NCBI RefSeq assembly: GCF_009914755.1
Contig: NC_060933.1
Source: the human T2T-CHM13v2.0 reference genome, Homo sapiens
DNA length: 64,000 bases
Direction: 5' to 3' (one strand)
Shown here: piece by piece, positions 14,163 to 31,863 of the stretch
How the letters are laid out: every line of letters begins with the position of its first letter
Position numbering within the stretch: the stretch's first letter is position 1
Notes under the pieces: generated by a model
What the model saw: only the letters and a program-made list of their open reading frames with translations
What the model was told of the DNA's origin: nothing
Database searches by the model: none
Program-made: the position numbers and the translations under genes

Positions 14163-14949
14163 ATGCTACCATACCCCTGGAGAACATATCCATGGAGATT
14201 ATTAAATTGCTGCCTCTCAGTTCCAAATCTATCCTTTTATACTCTGCTTTTGATGCAAGGACCAGGACTCTCAAACTATCTTTCTGCTTTGTCACATGGC
14301 TCTGAATTAGGCTCCTTCAATAGAAGCACCAGGAGCCTGAGAGACTAGAGGAAGACAAAGGGACTTGCTCCTCCCGCTCTGTTTCCTTTGGACTTCATGT
14401 CTGCTTGCAATTTCCATGAGTGAGTCCTGCAATGCTTTTCACCCTGACAGCAGCAATATCTGCCCACAGCAGATATTCAAAGCAATATCCAGTTTTTAGT
14501 TTTTCTTGCACTTGTAAACCCCTATCCACCACAGAGACATTAGTATCAGCTGGCCACCCTTCTTTTTCAAGGTCTGGGTCCCCAGTGCACAGGGCTTCCC
14601 ATGTCAATCTCAGCTGTGAACAGAATAGAGAACCCAGAAATAAAGCCAAATACTTACAGCCAACTGATCTTCAATAAAGCAAACAAAAACATACAGTGGG
14701 GAAAGGACACCCAACTCAACAAATGGTGCTGGGATAATTGGCAAGCCACATGTAGAAGAATGAAACTGGATCCTCATCTCTCACCTTATACAAAAATCAA
14801 TTCAAGATGGATCAAAGACTTAAATTTAAGTCCTGAAACCATAAAAATTCTAGAAGATAACGTCAGACAAACCCTTCTAGACATTGGCTTAGGCAAAGAC
14901 TTCATGAACAAGAGCCCAAAAGCAAATGTGACAAAAACAAAAATAAATA

Positions 14950-15371
<422 letters not shown>

Positions 15372-15782
15372 CTAATATCCAGAATCTACAAAGAACTCAA
15401 ACAAATCAACGAGAAAAAAAAATCCCATTTAAAAAGCAGGCAAAAGGCATGAATAGACAATTCTCAAAAGAAAATATACAAATGGCCAACAAACATATAG
15501 AAAAATGCTCAACATCACTAATGATCAGAGAAATGCAAATCAAAATCACAATGTGATACCACCTCACTCCTGCAAAAATGGACGTAATCAAAAATCGAAA
15601 AATAATAGATGTTGGCATGGATGTGGTGAAAAGGGAATACTTTTACACTGTTGGTGGGAATGTAAACTAGTACAACCACTATGGTAAACAGTGTGGAAAT
15701 TCTTTAAAGAACTAAAAGTAGATCTACCATTTGATCCAGCAGTGCTACTACTAGGTATCTACCCAGAGGAAAATAAGTCATT

Positions 15783-16121
<339 letters not shown>

Positions 16122-16202
16122 TTATAGCAGCACAATTTGCAATTGCAAGAATATGGAATCAGCCCAAATGCCCATCAATCAGCAAGTGGATAAAGAAAAT
16201 GT

Positions 16203-16266
16203 GATATATAGATATAGATATAGATATAGATATAGATATAGATATAGATATAGATATAGATATATA
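16203..16266. repeat. (GATATA)n hexanucleotide microsatellite
   Basis: About 9 perfect copies. Confidence 0.95.
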
Positions 16267-16704
16267 CCATGGAATACTACCCAGCCATAAAAAGGAATGA
16301 AATAATGGCATTTGCAGTAAGCTGGATAGAATTGGAGGCTCTTATTCTAAGTGAAGTAACTCAGGAATGGAAAACCCAACATTTTATGTTCCCACTCATA
16401 ATTGAAAGCTAAGCTATAAGGATGCAAAGGCATAAGAATGATATAATGGACTTTGGGGACTCAGGGGAAAGCCTGGGGAGGATGAGGGATAAAAAAACTA
16501 CATATTGGGTGTAGTGTACACTGGTTGGGTGATAGGTGCACCAAAATCTCATAAATCACCACTAAAGAACTTATTCATGTAACCAAACACCACCTGTTCC
16601 CCAAAAACCTATTGAAATTAAAAATAAATTAATTAATACATTCTATTGGTTCTAATAACCAGAACAGTTTCTGTTTCTGAATTTGACCCTAACTGACACA
16701 GAAA

Positions 16705-19125
<2,421 letters not shown>

Positions 19126-19128
19126 ACA

Positions 19129-19440
19129 GGCCAGGCACGGTGGCTCATGCCTATAATCCCAGTGCTTCAGGAGGCTGAGGCAGGAGGGTCACTTAAGGCC
19201 AGGAGTTTGAGAGCAGCCTAGACAAAATGGCAAGACCCCATCTCTACAAAAACATTAGCTGGACATGGTGGCATGCACCTGTAGTCCTAGCCACTCCAGA
19301 GGCTAAGATAGGAGGATCACTTGAGTCTAGGAGTTCAAGATTACAACAAACCATGACTGCGCCACTGAGAAGTCCAGCCTGGGTGACACAGCAAGACCCT
19401 GTCTTTAAAATAAATAAGTGAATAAATAAATAATAAAAAT
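19129..19440 (+). mobile_element. Alu (AluJ-like)
   Basis: Alu consensus with (TAAA)n tail. Confidence 0.92.
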
Positions 19441-19494
19441 ACAAGCATTATGGCTGTAACAAATTTTTTAATTTTAAAAAATAAAACAAAATAT

Positions 19495-19856
19495 TGTCAT
19501 CACTAAGTATCTGTGGGAGATTAATTCCAGGAACACTCCTTGGATACCAAAATTTATGAATGCTTAAGTCTCTAATGCAAAAATGAGACATGTAAAAATG
19601 TACAGTATTTTCATATAACCTACATACATCCTCCCACATACCTTAAATCATCTCTAGATTGCTTATACCTAATATAATGTAAATGCTATATAAATCGTTG
19701 TTATGCTGTATTATTTGGTAATAATGACAAGAAAAGTAATCTGTCATGTTCAGTACAGACAAAACCACTCATTTTTTTCTGACTATTTCCAATGCATGAT
19801 TGGTTGAACCCACAAATGCAAAATCCATGGATAAGAACCCATGAATACAGAGGGCC
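19495..19856. mobile_element. MER2-like TcMar-Tigger DNA transposon fossil
   Basis: GGATACCAAAAT..ATGCTTAAGTC; TTAAATCATCTCTAGATT; CATGTTCAGTACAGAC; end ATACAGAGGGCC. Confidence 0.75.
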
Positions 19857-19877
19857 AGGGCCTACTGTTTAGTGTAC

Positions 19878-20234
19878 ATTATCTTTGCCAGTTCTGGCTC
19901 TCATAACAAATTACCATAGACTGGGTGGCTTAAACAACAAACATTTATTTCTGACATTACTGGAGACTGAAAGTCCAAGATCACAATGCCATCCTGGTTG
20001 GGTTCTGCAAAGGGTCATCTTCTGGGTTGCAGATAGCCAGCCTTTCCTTGTATCCTCACACATCAGAAAGAGGGCAAGCTCACCCTCTGGCCTCATCTTA
20101 AAAGCACTAAGCCCATTCGTGAGTGCTCCACCCTTATGACCTAATTACCTCCAAAAGGCCCCACTTCCAAATTCCATCACATTGGGGGTTAGACTTCAAC
20201 ATATAAATTTTTTGTGGATACAAATATTCAGTCA
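19878..20234 (-). mobile_element. MLT1A-like MaLR LTR
   Basis: CCATAGACTGGGTGGCTTAAACAACAAACATTTATTTCT...ATGACCTAATTACCTCC. Confidence 0.8.
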
Positions 20235-20517
<283 letters not shown>

Positions 20518-21149
20518 GCAAGGAAGTCAGATATTTCATTATCAGATGTGGGGAAAGAACTGTGTGAGAGTATAGATGAAACAATACTGTCCAAGAGTTT
20601 ATAATTGTGGAATCTGAGTCATGGGACTTTATTATATGATTATTATTTTTATAAGTTTGACATTTTCCAATAGTAAGTCAGTTTAAAAGTCTCAATCATC
20701 TGGGTTAAAAACATTTTTGGATGTAACTCTTTGATAATTCTTCCTATTTCTTGCATGATTTTTGTACTAGCCAGGTTTTCCATTTCTTTTACAGTCATCT
20801 TTTGGTAATTTATATGTAATCCTGTGAAGGAAAGAAATGCATTCAGATGAATTTTTCTTAGAGACAGAATGAAATCAATAGGCCTGCTCTGTATAGAATG
20901 TAAGACTGTAAGCAAGCCTGACTGCAGAAAGAACAATCATGCCTGACAAAACAAACAAACAAACAAACAAACAAAAAACAGGAATTTCTTTGTTACACCT
21001 GAAAGAAAGTAAGGAGGGAGAAAGAGAGTAGAAATGAGAAAGAAAAAGATGGTAGACAGCTATGTAGTATGAGATTAGACCCTTTCCCATTACTCTTGTA
21101 ATGAAGAGAAATAGTCTATACAAAATAAAAGGCTTTACAATAATAACTG

Positions 21150-21405
21150 ACATCTAATGAGCACTTACTATGTGCCAGTTACTCTTCTGAACATAGTATG
21201 CATATTGGCCTATTTAATCTCCATTACGACTCTATGAGGTAAAAATTATTATTACCACTGTTTTCTAGGTGAGGAAATTAAGGTACAGAGATGTCAAATA
21301 TTTTTTACATGTGACACAACTACTACACAACTACAAATCCTAGATTCAAACCCAGGATTTAAAGACAACATGGCTCTAGGGCCTGTATTTTTTAGCCACT
21401 ATATT
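21150..21405 (-). mobile_element. MIR
   Basis: GAGCACTTACTATGTGCCAG...GTGAGGAAATTAAGGTACAGAGA core. Confidence 0.75.
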
Positions 21406-21410
21406 CTAGT

Positions 21411-21648
21411 ACAGGAGTCAGAAACTACTGCCCATAGGTCAAATACAGCCAGTAACCTGTTTTATAAATCATGAGAGCTAAAAGAGGTTTTTATATTTTT
21501 AATGGTTGTAAAAATAAGAAGACGAAAAGGAAGGAAGAGGAGGAGGAGGAGGAGAAGGAGAAGGGAGGAGGAAGAGAAGCTGTAATGCCAACAAAGACTA
21601 AAATATTTGTTATCTGCTCCATTACAGAAAAAGTTTTCCAGCCCCTGC
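21411..21648. mobile_element. MER58-type hAT-Charlie MITE with internal GA-rich tract
   Basis: CAGGAGTCAG..AAACT start; TTACAGAAAAAGTTTTCCAGCCCCTG end; CTAG-centred flanks. Confidence 0.65.
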
Positions 21649-21673
21649 TCTAGTGCCTTACTGTGATATGATA

Positions 21674-22099
21674 TGATATAGCTCGGATGTTGTGCCCTCT
21701 AAATCTCATGTGCAACTGTAATCCCCACTGTCCTAGGGCCGGGTAGGAGGTGATTAGAACATGAGTATGGTTTACTCATGAATGGCTTAGAGCCATCTGC
21801 TCGATGCTGTCCTCATGATACTGAGTGAGTTCTTGTGAGATCCGGCTGTTTAAAAGTGTGTGGCATCTCCCCCTTCTCTCTCTTGCTCCCATTCTTGCCA
21901 TGTGACATACCTGCCCCTGCTTAGCCTCCTGCCGTGAGTAAAAGCTCCCTGAGGCTTCCTTCAGAAGCCAAGAAGATGCCGTCGCCATTCTTACTGTACA
22001 GCCTGCAGAACCGTGAGCCAACTAAATTAAACCTCTTTTCTTTATAAATTACCCAATCTCAGATTTTCCTTTATAGCAATGCAAGAATGGCCTAATACA
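21674..22099 (+). mobile_element. MST (MaLR) solo LTR
   Basis: TGATATAG...CTAATACA termini; CAGCCTGCAGAACCGTGAGCCAA. Confidence 0.88.
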
Positions 22100-24833
22100 A
22101 GTGGTTTCCATGTAGAACCAGGAAAGGAGACAAATTGACCCATGTCGGATATTGCTGGGACAATAATGACAGCCTACGGGGATGCAGGAATGCGGTTGCT
22201 CAGAAAAATATGAAGAGGACACAAAATCCCTAAGCATGAGGAGGACTTTAGACTGTAACAAAGAACAGAAGTCAGCACCTGAAACAAAATCAACTGAATC
22301 TCTGAGGAGTAGAATCTACCGTGGATATAAGTTTTATATATATATTTGTGGAAATGGTCTGTCTCCTTGTAAGTCTCAAAATTATTTGCATGGAGTATTT
22401 CACAGTATTACATTAAGTTTTCTAACAGTCATATTTGTAGTTATATACCTCAATAAATGTTCACATATTTAAACCCATTTTTATTTAACTTGTCAGAGAT
22501 TTGTATATTTCAATGTTTTTTCCAAAGATATTGTTCTCAGAATTAGTGTCAATTCTATATATTTTCTACTTCATTGATATTTTGTGATACTAATTTATAT
22601 TTCCCTTAGTTTTTTTCTAACTTCATTAGTTTCTCTTTTTTTAAATAGCTACAGAACTTAAGGCTATACATTTGCCACTATATACAGCTTTGGTTGCCTA
22701 CAAAATATTTCAGGTGGAGAATTGTAATGCTTATTTGTATTTTTAATGAAGTTACATATTCTATTCACAATATAGGTCTTGAAAAACATGGAGAATACAG
22801 ATACTATACAACAAAGAAAACTCTAGTCAATGATTTTAAAACATAATATATAACAAATAAAATATATGACTATAAATGTGCTTCAGTCAGGGTATGGAAG
22901 GCATATATAAAACTAGCAAAATTGGCAATGAGTTGATAATTGTTGAAAATGAGTAATATTTAAACTATTATAGACATCATTATTATATTCTCATTATAGT
23001 TCATTATTATAGTCTCATAGTTCATTAAAATATTCTCTTTTGTAAATGGTTATTATTAATAATAATAAAAATTTTTAATTCACTAAATAGTAAAGTTCTA
23101 AATTTCCAGGTTGGTAAAATTTGGTGCAGATACATGACAAGCTGATTTTTTCCTCAATGTAATAACAAAACTACATGGCCAAATTTGTGCCTTGTGATTT
23201 CAACCAAACACCATAGCCAAAACCAAAACACAGATACCTGTCAGAGTTTGGGATTTTACTCTACTTGTAATCTAATAAGAGCCTGTACTATTTTATGGAT
23301 ATTGGCAGAAGACACAAGACTCCTGGGTCATATGAGTCCCATCATTACTCATGACACAGCAAGTAGCATAAGTATCATGTTGCATCTGGTCTCCTTGTTC
23401 AAAGTCCCACCAGGATGATGCAGAGGGACCCAGAAGGATGCAACACATACAATGGATTTATGTTGCAGCCAGGGAACACTGAGCTTGGAGATTCACTGTT
23501 TTCACAGTAAGGGGTAAGAAAGCCTGCTCTTTAAGCCCACACATATCCATGATCCACAATTATGTCATGATCCAGACTCAACAATTATAAAGTTTTGGAC
23601 AATATTGTTTCATCTATATACTCATTCACTTCTTGCCCCCTCTCAAATGCAATAATTTTCAAGAAAATACCTGACTTTATAAAATTTAAACCCTCATGGT
23701 TGCTCACTAAAACACAACCCTGAGAAATGGCCTGGGTAAAGAGCAGTCAGGGCCTTGAATTCTTGGCACACCCAGCAAAAATGCGCACAGATACTCAGGA
23801 CCTGTGAGAGATTGCCTTTATCTTCAATCCTCCCTCTGTCCCTATGTGTACTGGCTTCTCATAAACTTTCACATAAGTATGTCACTCTGTTGATCACTCG
23901 GATTAATTTGACCATCAGGGCTAGAACTAAACCTGTTCAATTGGTCTCATATAGCATTTAATTAAGGTTACCATCAAAGGGACTCCAAACAACAGGATAA
24001 AATTAACCTGCAGTATTGGCCTCAATCATTCCTTCCAGGGCTCTGCCCTCAGACAACTGTCCCAGGGGAGAACAGGAGACTTTATTTCAGACAGTCAGGA
24101 TGTAATCTGGCCTATGGCCAGTCTATTATCCATTGCAACCAATACAAGGGAATTTACACTGACCTCCTGATCTTTGATGTCATTGCCAATAATTACAAGG
24201 GGCATTAAACAGAACAAAAATCCAACACCATCCTCAGTAGAGAGACATTCTATGGCCCATTCTCAGCCACATACAACTGTATAACCCAAACAGGCACAGG
24301 TAACTCCTATTAGGATTTGTCTTAAAATGTTATTTGGATCAGCATTACATCGGTTTGGTTTGGTTAAGTCACATGGGCAGTATCACTGAGCAGTTGTAGC
24401 CTCCTTTACTATATACACAGCATAACCCAAGACCTCTCAGCATCAAAGAAGCATGTGAATTTGTAACAGAATGAAACAATGTTGTACTGGTCTATGTGTT
24501 TATATATGTGTAAAAGGGGCCCATGCTGAGAGCTGCTATTCATGACATCAGGCACAGCAAAATAATTCAAGAGAAGCCATGTCTACAGATTGTCAGCTGC
24601 ACCTGCTGTTTAACACAGACACCAGTGTTGGATCTAGGAGACAAAGATATTATTAAGTGCCCCCACCCCTGTACCTCCTGAGTCAAGGATGTTCCTGCCC
24701 CAGGTGCCACGGTTGTTACTCTTCTTCTGTGCCATGAAATCAGGTCCCATTCAAGTAATTGTAACTTCACCTTTTTTCAATCATCTACTTACATACAAAC
24801 CTTTTCTCTGGAAAGTTTAGGAGCAAAAAGGAC

Positions 24834-25268
24834 GTGGAAGGCAGAATAATGAGCCTTCAAAGATGGCAAAGATGCCATACTTAACATGGCAAAAGGGACA
24901 ACACATGTGATTAAATTAAGAATCTTGAGAAGGAAAGAGATCCTGGATTATTGGAATAACCCAATGTAATAATAAAGGTTCTTATAAGAGAGAGGCAAGA
25001 GGATCAGAGTCAGAAAAGGAGAAGTGGCAACAGAGCAGAGGCGGAGATGTGAAGATGCCATGTTCATTGCTTTGCAGATGGAGGAAGGGGCCACAGCCAA
25101 GGAATGCATGTGGTGTCTAGAAGCTAGAAAAGGCAAATAAATTCTCCTCTAGAGACTCTAGAAGGAATGCAGCCTTACCAACACCTTGATGTTAGCCCAA
25201 TGGAACCCATTTCAGATTTCTGACCTCCAGAAGTGTAAAATAATAAGTTTGTGTTCTTTTAAGCCACT
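24834..25268 (+). mobile_element. MLT1D-like MaLR LTR nested in the provirus
   Basis: GGAAGGGGCCACAGCCAAGGAATGC..CTAGAAGCTAGAAAAGGCAA..TTCTGACCTCCAGAA. Confidence 0.8.
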
Positions 25269-27454
25269 GCATTTTCCATAGGCTAATCCAGCAAGCAGTG
25301 TACTCAACCAGGTAACTATTGTCTTCATATTGGACCGTGTTAATCCAAAAAGAGAATCCTGATGGCTGAATCAGAATCAATTTTAATTCCATAGTATCCC
25401 TTTTGGCTACACTGCTAAAGGTAGGAGGATGTACAAACCACTGGTCTAGGGTTGCTCTAGGGTAAAGAAAGATCCATTGTGTCCAAGAATGGTTAGTACA
25501 GAATTCCAGATTTTCAAAATAGGCCTATATAAACCCTTGTCCTTTCATTTTGATTAGTATCCAGAAAATAACCCCTTGGCCACGTCTTGTCTCCATTATG
25601 GTTCTGGAGACAACCACATTTAGTGACCATACTGTCTTACTACTCTTTACAGGAGGAGGTGAGAAAAGTAGAGTTGAAATCTTTTTAAGTCAATTTGTGA
25701 GAAATCCATTTCAGATTCAATATCATCTGATATTGTTGAGTCAATACTTGAGTCAAGTCAAGGATCTTGAGAAGTATTGTTGAGTCAATACATAACAATA
25801 TCAGATGCCTGCAGATGGAGCATGGAATTGAATTCTTGATTATGGGCTTATCATTGGGTGACCTTTGTCACAAAAGTGGTACCATTGTCAGGCTGCAAAT
25901 GGTCCAGAAAATCAAGTCTCAAGAGCCACAGGAGTACAGACAGAGTTGGCTGATTGGACTGCGGAAAAGTATCAAGAGCAGTGAGACACCACCAGTAGAT
26001 ACAGAAGGAGGTCAAAGGTCCGATACTGTCAGTGTACCAGGAATGGACAGAGTTCATACCTGTGCAATGCAACCTCCTTCACCACAAGACCAGCCAGCCA
26101 ATCCTTGACAGGAGTTTCAAGTCTGACACACACTGGTAGCTTCCACATTAGAAGTGTATAACCCTTTATCTTGTGCCAAGTCAATGATGATATATATGTG
26201 GCCATGTCTAATACAGTGATAGATTAAGGTGGTAGAAGAAATGAGCTGGACATTTCAGGCTGGATCAACAGCTTGATTTCTGTAGGTCTCACTGGAGAAT
26301 GGGTTCTTAATACAAACATCATCTAACATGAATGGCCTAGGTATTTTATCATCAGCGATGGCTTATTTCCACAGTTCATTTCCTGAGAGAGAAGTATCTT
26401 TAATCTGTTAGTCTATAGGCTTGTAAGTGACAGGCCATATAGCAGACCAAATGGCTGGATCATTGGCAATATCCCAAGAGTTAGTAAAAATATAAGCTTT
26501 TGTGGGAAGTATTGGGCAGAATTATGAGAATGGTCTTAAATTCTTCCCACTGAGTGGACAAGCATATCAGTTTTCAGGGTGCCATGTACAGAGCAGCAAT
26601 TGACTACTGTAGCAGCCTAATGGACACCAACAGGTTTCAACTTAGCCAAACCATCAGTAAACCAGGCCCAGGCATTGAAAGAAACACTGTGAATCAAGGG
26701 CCTCATTGATCTGGTGGCCTTACTTCAAGCAGTGTAATGAAAATATTTTCCCTAAAATGATAGCTGCCACTCTTTCATGTAAACTGAGATGCTACTGGGG
26801 ACAGACCAACTCTATCCTTGAATATTACAATTTCCATTTGACAACTGAGATATATCGGGCCTTTTCCTTATAGGTTGTCAAATCCAAGATAACCCATTCC
26901 AAAATGGAGACATCAGGCTGCAGAGTCACAAAGCTTCTATGGGTCAGCAGTTCAGCTTCTTGACCCAAAGTCTATACAGGTCAATAGCTCAGCAACAGGA
27001 CAACAGAAGCCCCTGTTTTTAAAAGAGGTGTACTTGGTGCTTGCATCAGTTGTTACTAGGAAATTGCCTCCTGAATACTGCAGCCATTAAGTCTTTAAAG
27101 CTTTAATTTCCATTTCTTCTCAGGTTTTATATTCTCTTTGCTATACTACTGGGAAGGGGACAGAGATTACCCCTCCACATGCCACAGTCCTTGAATAGAA
27201 GAATTCCTCTGGGCTTCATGAGGATTCACAACACAAGCACGTACAACATGAACACCAATTATACATTCATCAGTGAAAGACACAGCAAACAGTACGTTGG
27301 ATTGGCCCTAAAGGTCCTACAAGGTCACATTAATTTTCCTCCCACATGGAAAAAATGTTGCCCAAACCCCATCAGTTGAATTTGGAGCACATTTTCCCCC
27401 ATGGCAGAGGTTCATTCTTGACATTTAGGAGTGGTTAATTCTTTGTCTGGGGGT

Positions 27455-27960
<506 letters not shown>

Positions 27961-29454
27961 CCTATAGAAATATGGACCAAGAAGTCTAACAGGCATAACA
28001 GGACTGTAACAATAGCTGCTGGAAGGGGGATGCAGATGAGGGGAGAAGATGGCTTTTCTTATCCTTTGTCTCTCCCAACCAGGCTCAGGGTAAATTCCCT
28101 TGCACCCTACAATCCTCAGTACCTTTAGATATCCTTGTGCCCAGCACCCTCTCCATTCATGAGACTGGGAAGGATTATGACTTGGGCACCTATATTCAAC
28201 AGAGCTAAAAATATTTGAGTTCCTCCCCTCCTTTCAGTTCCCCCGCATACTCAGCATTTTCCTTAAAGCAGTTGAGGCTGGGGTACAGGGGAAAGGAAGG
28301 GTCAGGAAGTGCAGAGGGAAAGAGCAGTTTCAGGCCAGTAAGCCAGTTTGCATCAGCTTTCCATTTCAAGCAGCTACCAGCAGGTTGGGCTCATTCAAGT
28401 GAACATCTGGCTTTGGTCCACCTGAAGCTGTATCTACTTACAGATGACATCATTATTTAAGCTTTGGGGGGACTCCTTGACCAATCAGATACAGCCACTT
28501 TTGGCTTCCCCACTTTTGCTGCCTAATTGTCATATAAAGTCCCTTCTTCCTGTTCCTGAGGAGAGTGAGCACAATCAAAGTACCATTTGGGAAGATTGTT
28601 TCAACCTTGCCTCTTGCTTAGCCTGTAAACATTCATTAACAGGCAGGAGAGTGAGAGAAATGTACTTTCCCCCTTGCTCCCCACTTTGGTGAGGGCATTT
28701 GCTACTGGGTCCTACTAACACAGCCCATGGGGTCTTCCAGAAAGGCACACCTCAGCCAGCACCCTATCTTGTCACCCAAACTGTCAGGGTCTGGGATTTT
28801 ACCCTATATACAAGCTAGTAACTTAGCCTGTTATTGCTTCATGGATGTTGGCAGAAGACATGAGGCTCTTGGGTCAGAGATAAAGTACTTCACTACATGC
28901 GTAACAAGTAGCATGAAAATAAGATTGCATTAGTTCCCCTTGCCACTAAATCCCACAGACGAAATAGGCAGGGGCCCAGATGGAATGCTTAGCATAGTGA
29001 ATCTGCTTTGTAGATGAGGAAAAGTGAGATTGGAGAATCCACTGCTTTTATAGTAACAAAAAGACATGTCAACAAGAAATACCCAGAATGAATGACAGAG
29101 ACTAAAGAATGGAAAACATAGGAGACATAAAGGTTATAGTAAGACAGTCTAACATATGTGAAATTATAATTCCAAAAGGAAAAGAGACAGAGAATAGGAC
29201 AGAAGCAACATTTAAAAGACAATAATTAATTTTTTTGCAACAATGCTGAAATACATTAAGCTATAGATTCAGAAAGTCCTATGAATCTCAGAAAAGAATA
29301 AAAGTATAGAAAACTCAAACTGGTGAAAACAAAAGACAATAGAAGATTGTAAAAGTAGCCAGAGAAAAGAAATATTACTTTGAGAACAGGAAGATTTAGA
29401 CTGACAATGAACTTTCCAACAAAAGCTAGCAAAGCCAGAAGACATGGCTTGATT

Positions 29455-29791
<337 letters not shown>

Positions 29792-29847
29792 TAACTGCCA
29801 ATCCAATATTTAATATCCAGAAAAAATGTTATTCAACAAAGACAGTA

Positions 29848-30390
29848 GGCTGGGCACGGTGGCTCATGCCTATAATCCCAGCACTCTAGGAGGCTGAGGC
29901 CGGAGGATCGCTTGAGCTCAGGAGTTCCAGACCAGCCTGGACAATATAGTAAGACCCTGTCTCTATAAAAAAAATTAAAAATTATTCAGGCATGGTAGTG
30001 CATGCCTGTAGTCCCAGCTATTCAGGAGGCTGAGGTGGAAGGATTGCCTGACCCTGGGAAGTCAAGGTGGCAATGGACTGTGTTCGTGCCACTGCCTTAC
30101 AGCCTGGGTGACAGAGTGAGGGCCCTAGCACTTTGGGAGGCCGAGGCAGGTGGATCACCTGAGGTCAGGAGTTCAAGACAGCCTGGCCAACACGGTGAAA
30201 CCCCGTCTCCACTAAAAATACAAAAATTAGTTGGGCATGGTGGTGGGCGCCGATGGTCCCAGCTACTCGGGAGGCTGAGGCACGAGAATCACTTGAACCC
30301 AGAGGCAGAGGTTGCAGTTAGCCCAGATTGCACTCTTTTGCCTGGGCAACAGAGCGAGACTCGTCTCAAAAATAAATAAATAAAAAATAA
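29848..30390 (+). mobile_element. Two fused Alus (tailless AluJ-like joined to a 5'-clipped AluS-like at ~30122)
   Basis: ...GACAGAGTGAGGG|CCCTAGCACTTTGGGAGGCCGAGG. Confidence 0.85.
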
Positions 30391-31491
30391 AGACAGTAAA
30401 ATAAAGACATTTCACAACAAATGAAGCCTGAGAATATTTATCACCAGTAGAAAATGTTTTCTTCTTAATACTTATTCTGTCTTTTCTTGAGACAAGGTCT
30501 CACTCTCTGTCACCCAATTATTGATTCTCCTAATGCTAACCATCCTCTCAGCTTTTTACGGCTAGCAATGTGTTTGCCACATACTCATCAACAGAGGGCA
30601 GTAGCTCACCATCATTGGTTTAGTTAGCCTGCATGGTACTTTCAAGGATGGACTTGTAACAGACAAATGTATCTTTCTGTGTCGTCTGTTGTCGTTTCCT
30701 CCCACCAAGTATGGGAGAAGGGAGGAGAGGAACTACTAAGAAGCAGTCAACAAAAATGGTAAAAGTATGCTTGAATCTAAACAAATATTGACCCTATAAA
30801 CAGAAATAATAATGCCTTCAAGAGTTACAATGTGTGACTATAAAATACAAGATAACAGTGGCATAGAAATCAAAAGGAGGGTACATGAAGTTAGAAGGTT
30901 GTAAGAACCTGGAATTATCTGGGGAAAAAAAGATAAAAAATAACAATTAACATTAGATTTTGATATGTGAAAGATGAATGCTGTACTATCGTGGGCAAAC
31001 ATTAAAATAATATCAGTAAAGCTGTGGGAAAATAATAAAACAATAAGTTCTCAGGTCCCTCAGAGTAAGAATTAATCATAGTCATTTTTGGACTCATCAC
31101 ACCAAGCTCTTAGCAGAGCCAGTTTGTGGACTGATTAAGTTTCTGCTCTCTAACTTCTAGAACAGTCAGTAAATGTGAAATTAAGGAACAAAAGGTAGCT
31201 TTCTTAATCCATTTATGTCTTCTTAATACTTATTCTCCGTCTCTCTTTGAGACAAGTTCTCACTCTGTCGCCCAATTGTTTTTTCTCTTAATGCTAACCA
31301 TCCTCTCAGCTTTTTCTGTTTGACAATGTGTTTACCACACACTCATCAACAGAGGGCAGTAGCTCACCATCATCTGGTTAAGTTAATCTGCATGGTACTT
31401 TGAAGGATGAACTTGGAACAGACGAAATGTTTGCTGTTTCCTCCCACCAAGGATGGGGCAAGGGAGGAGGGAAAGAGGATTTTCCATTTTA

Positions 31492-31863
<372 letters not shown>

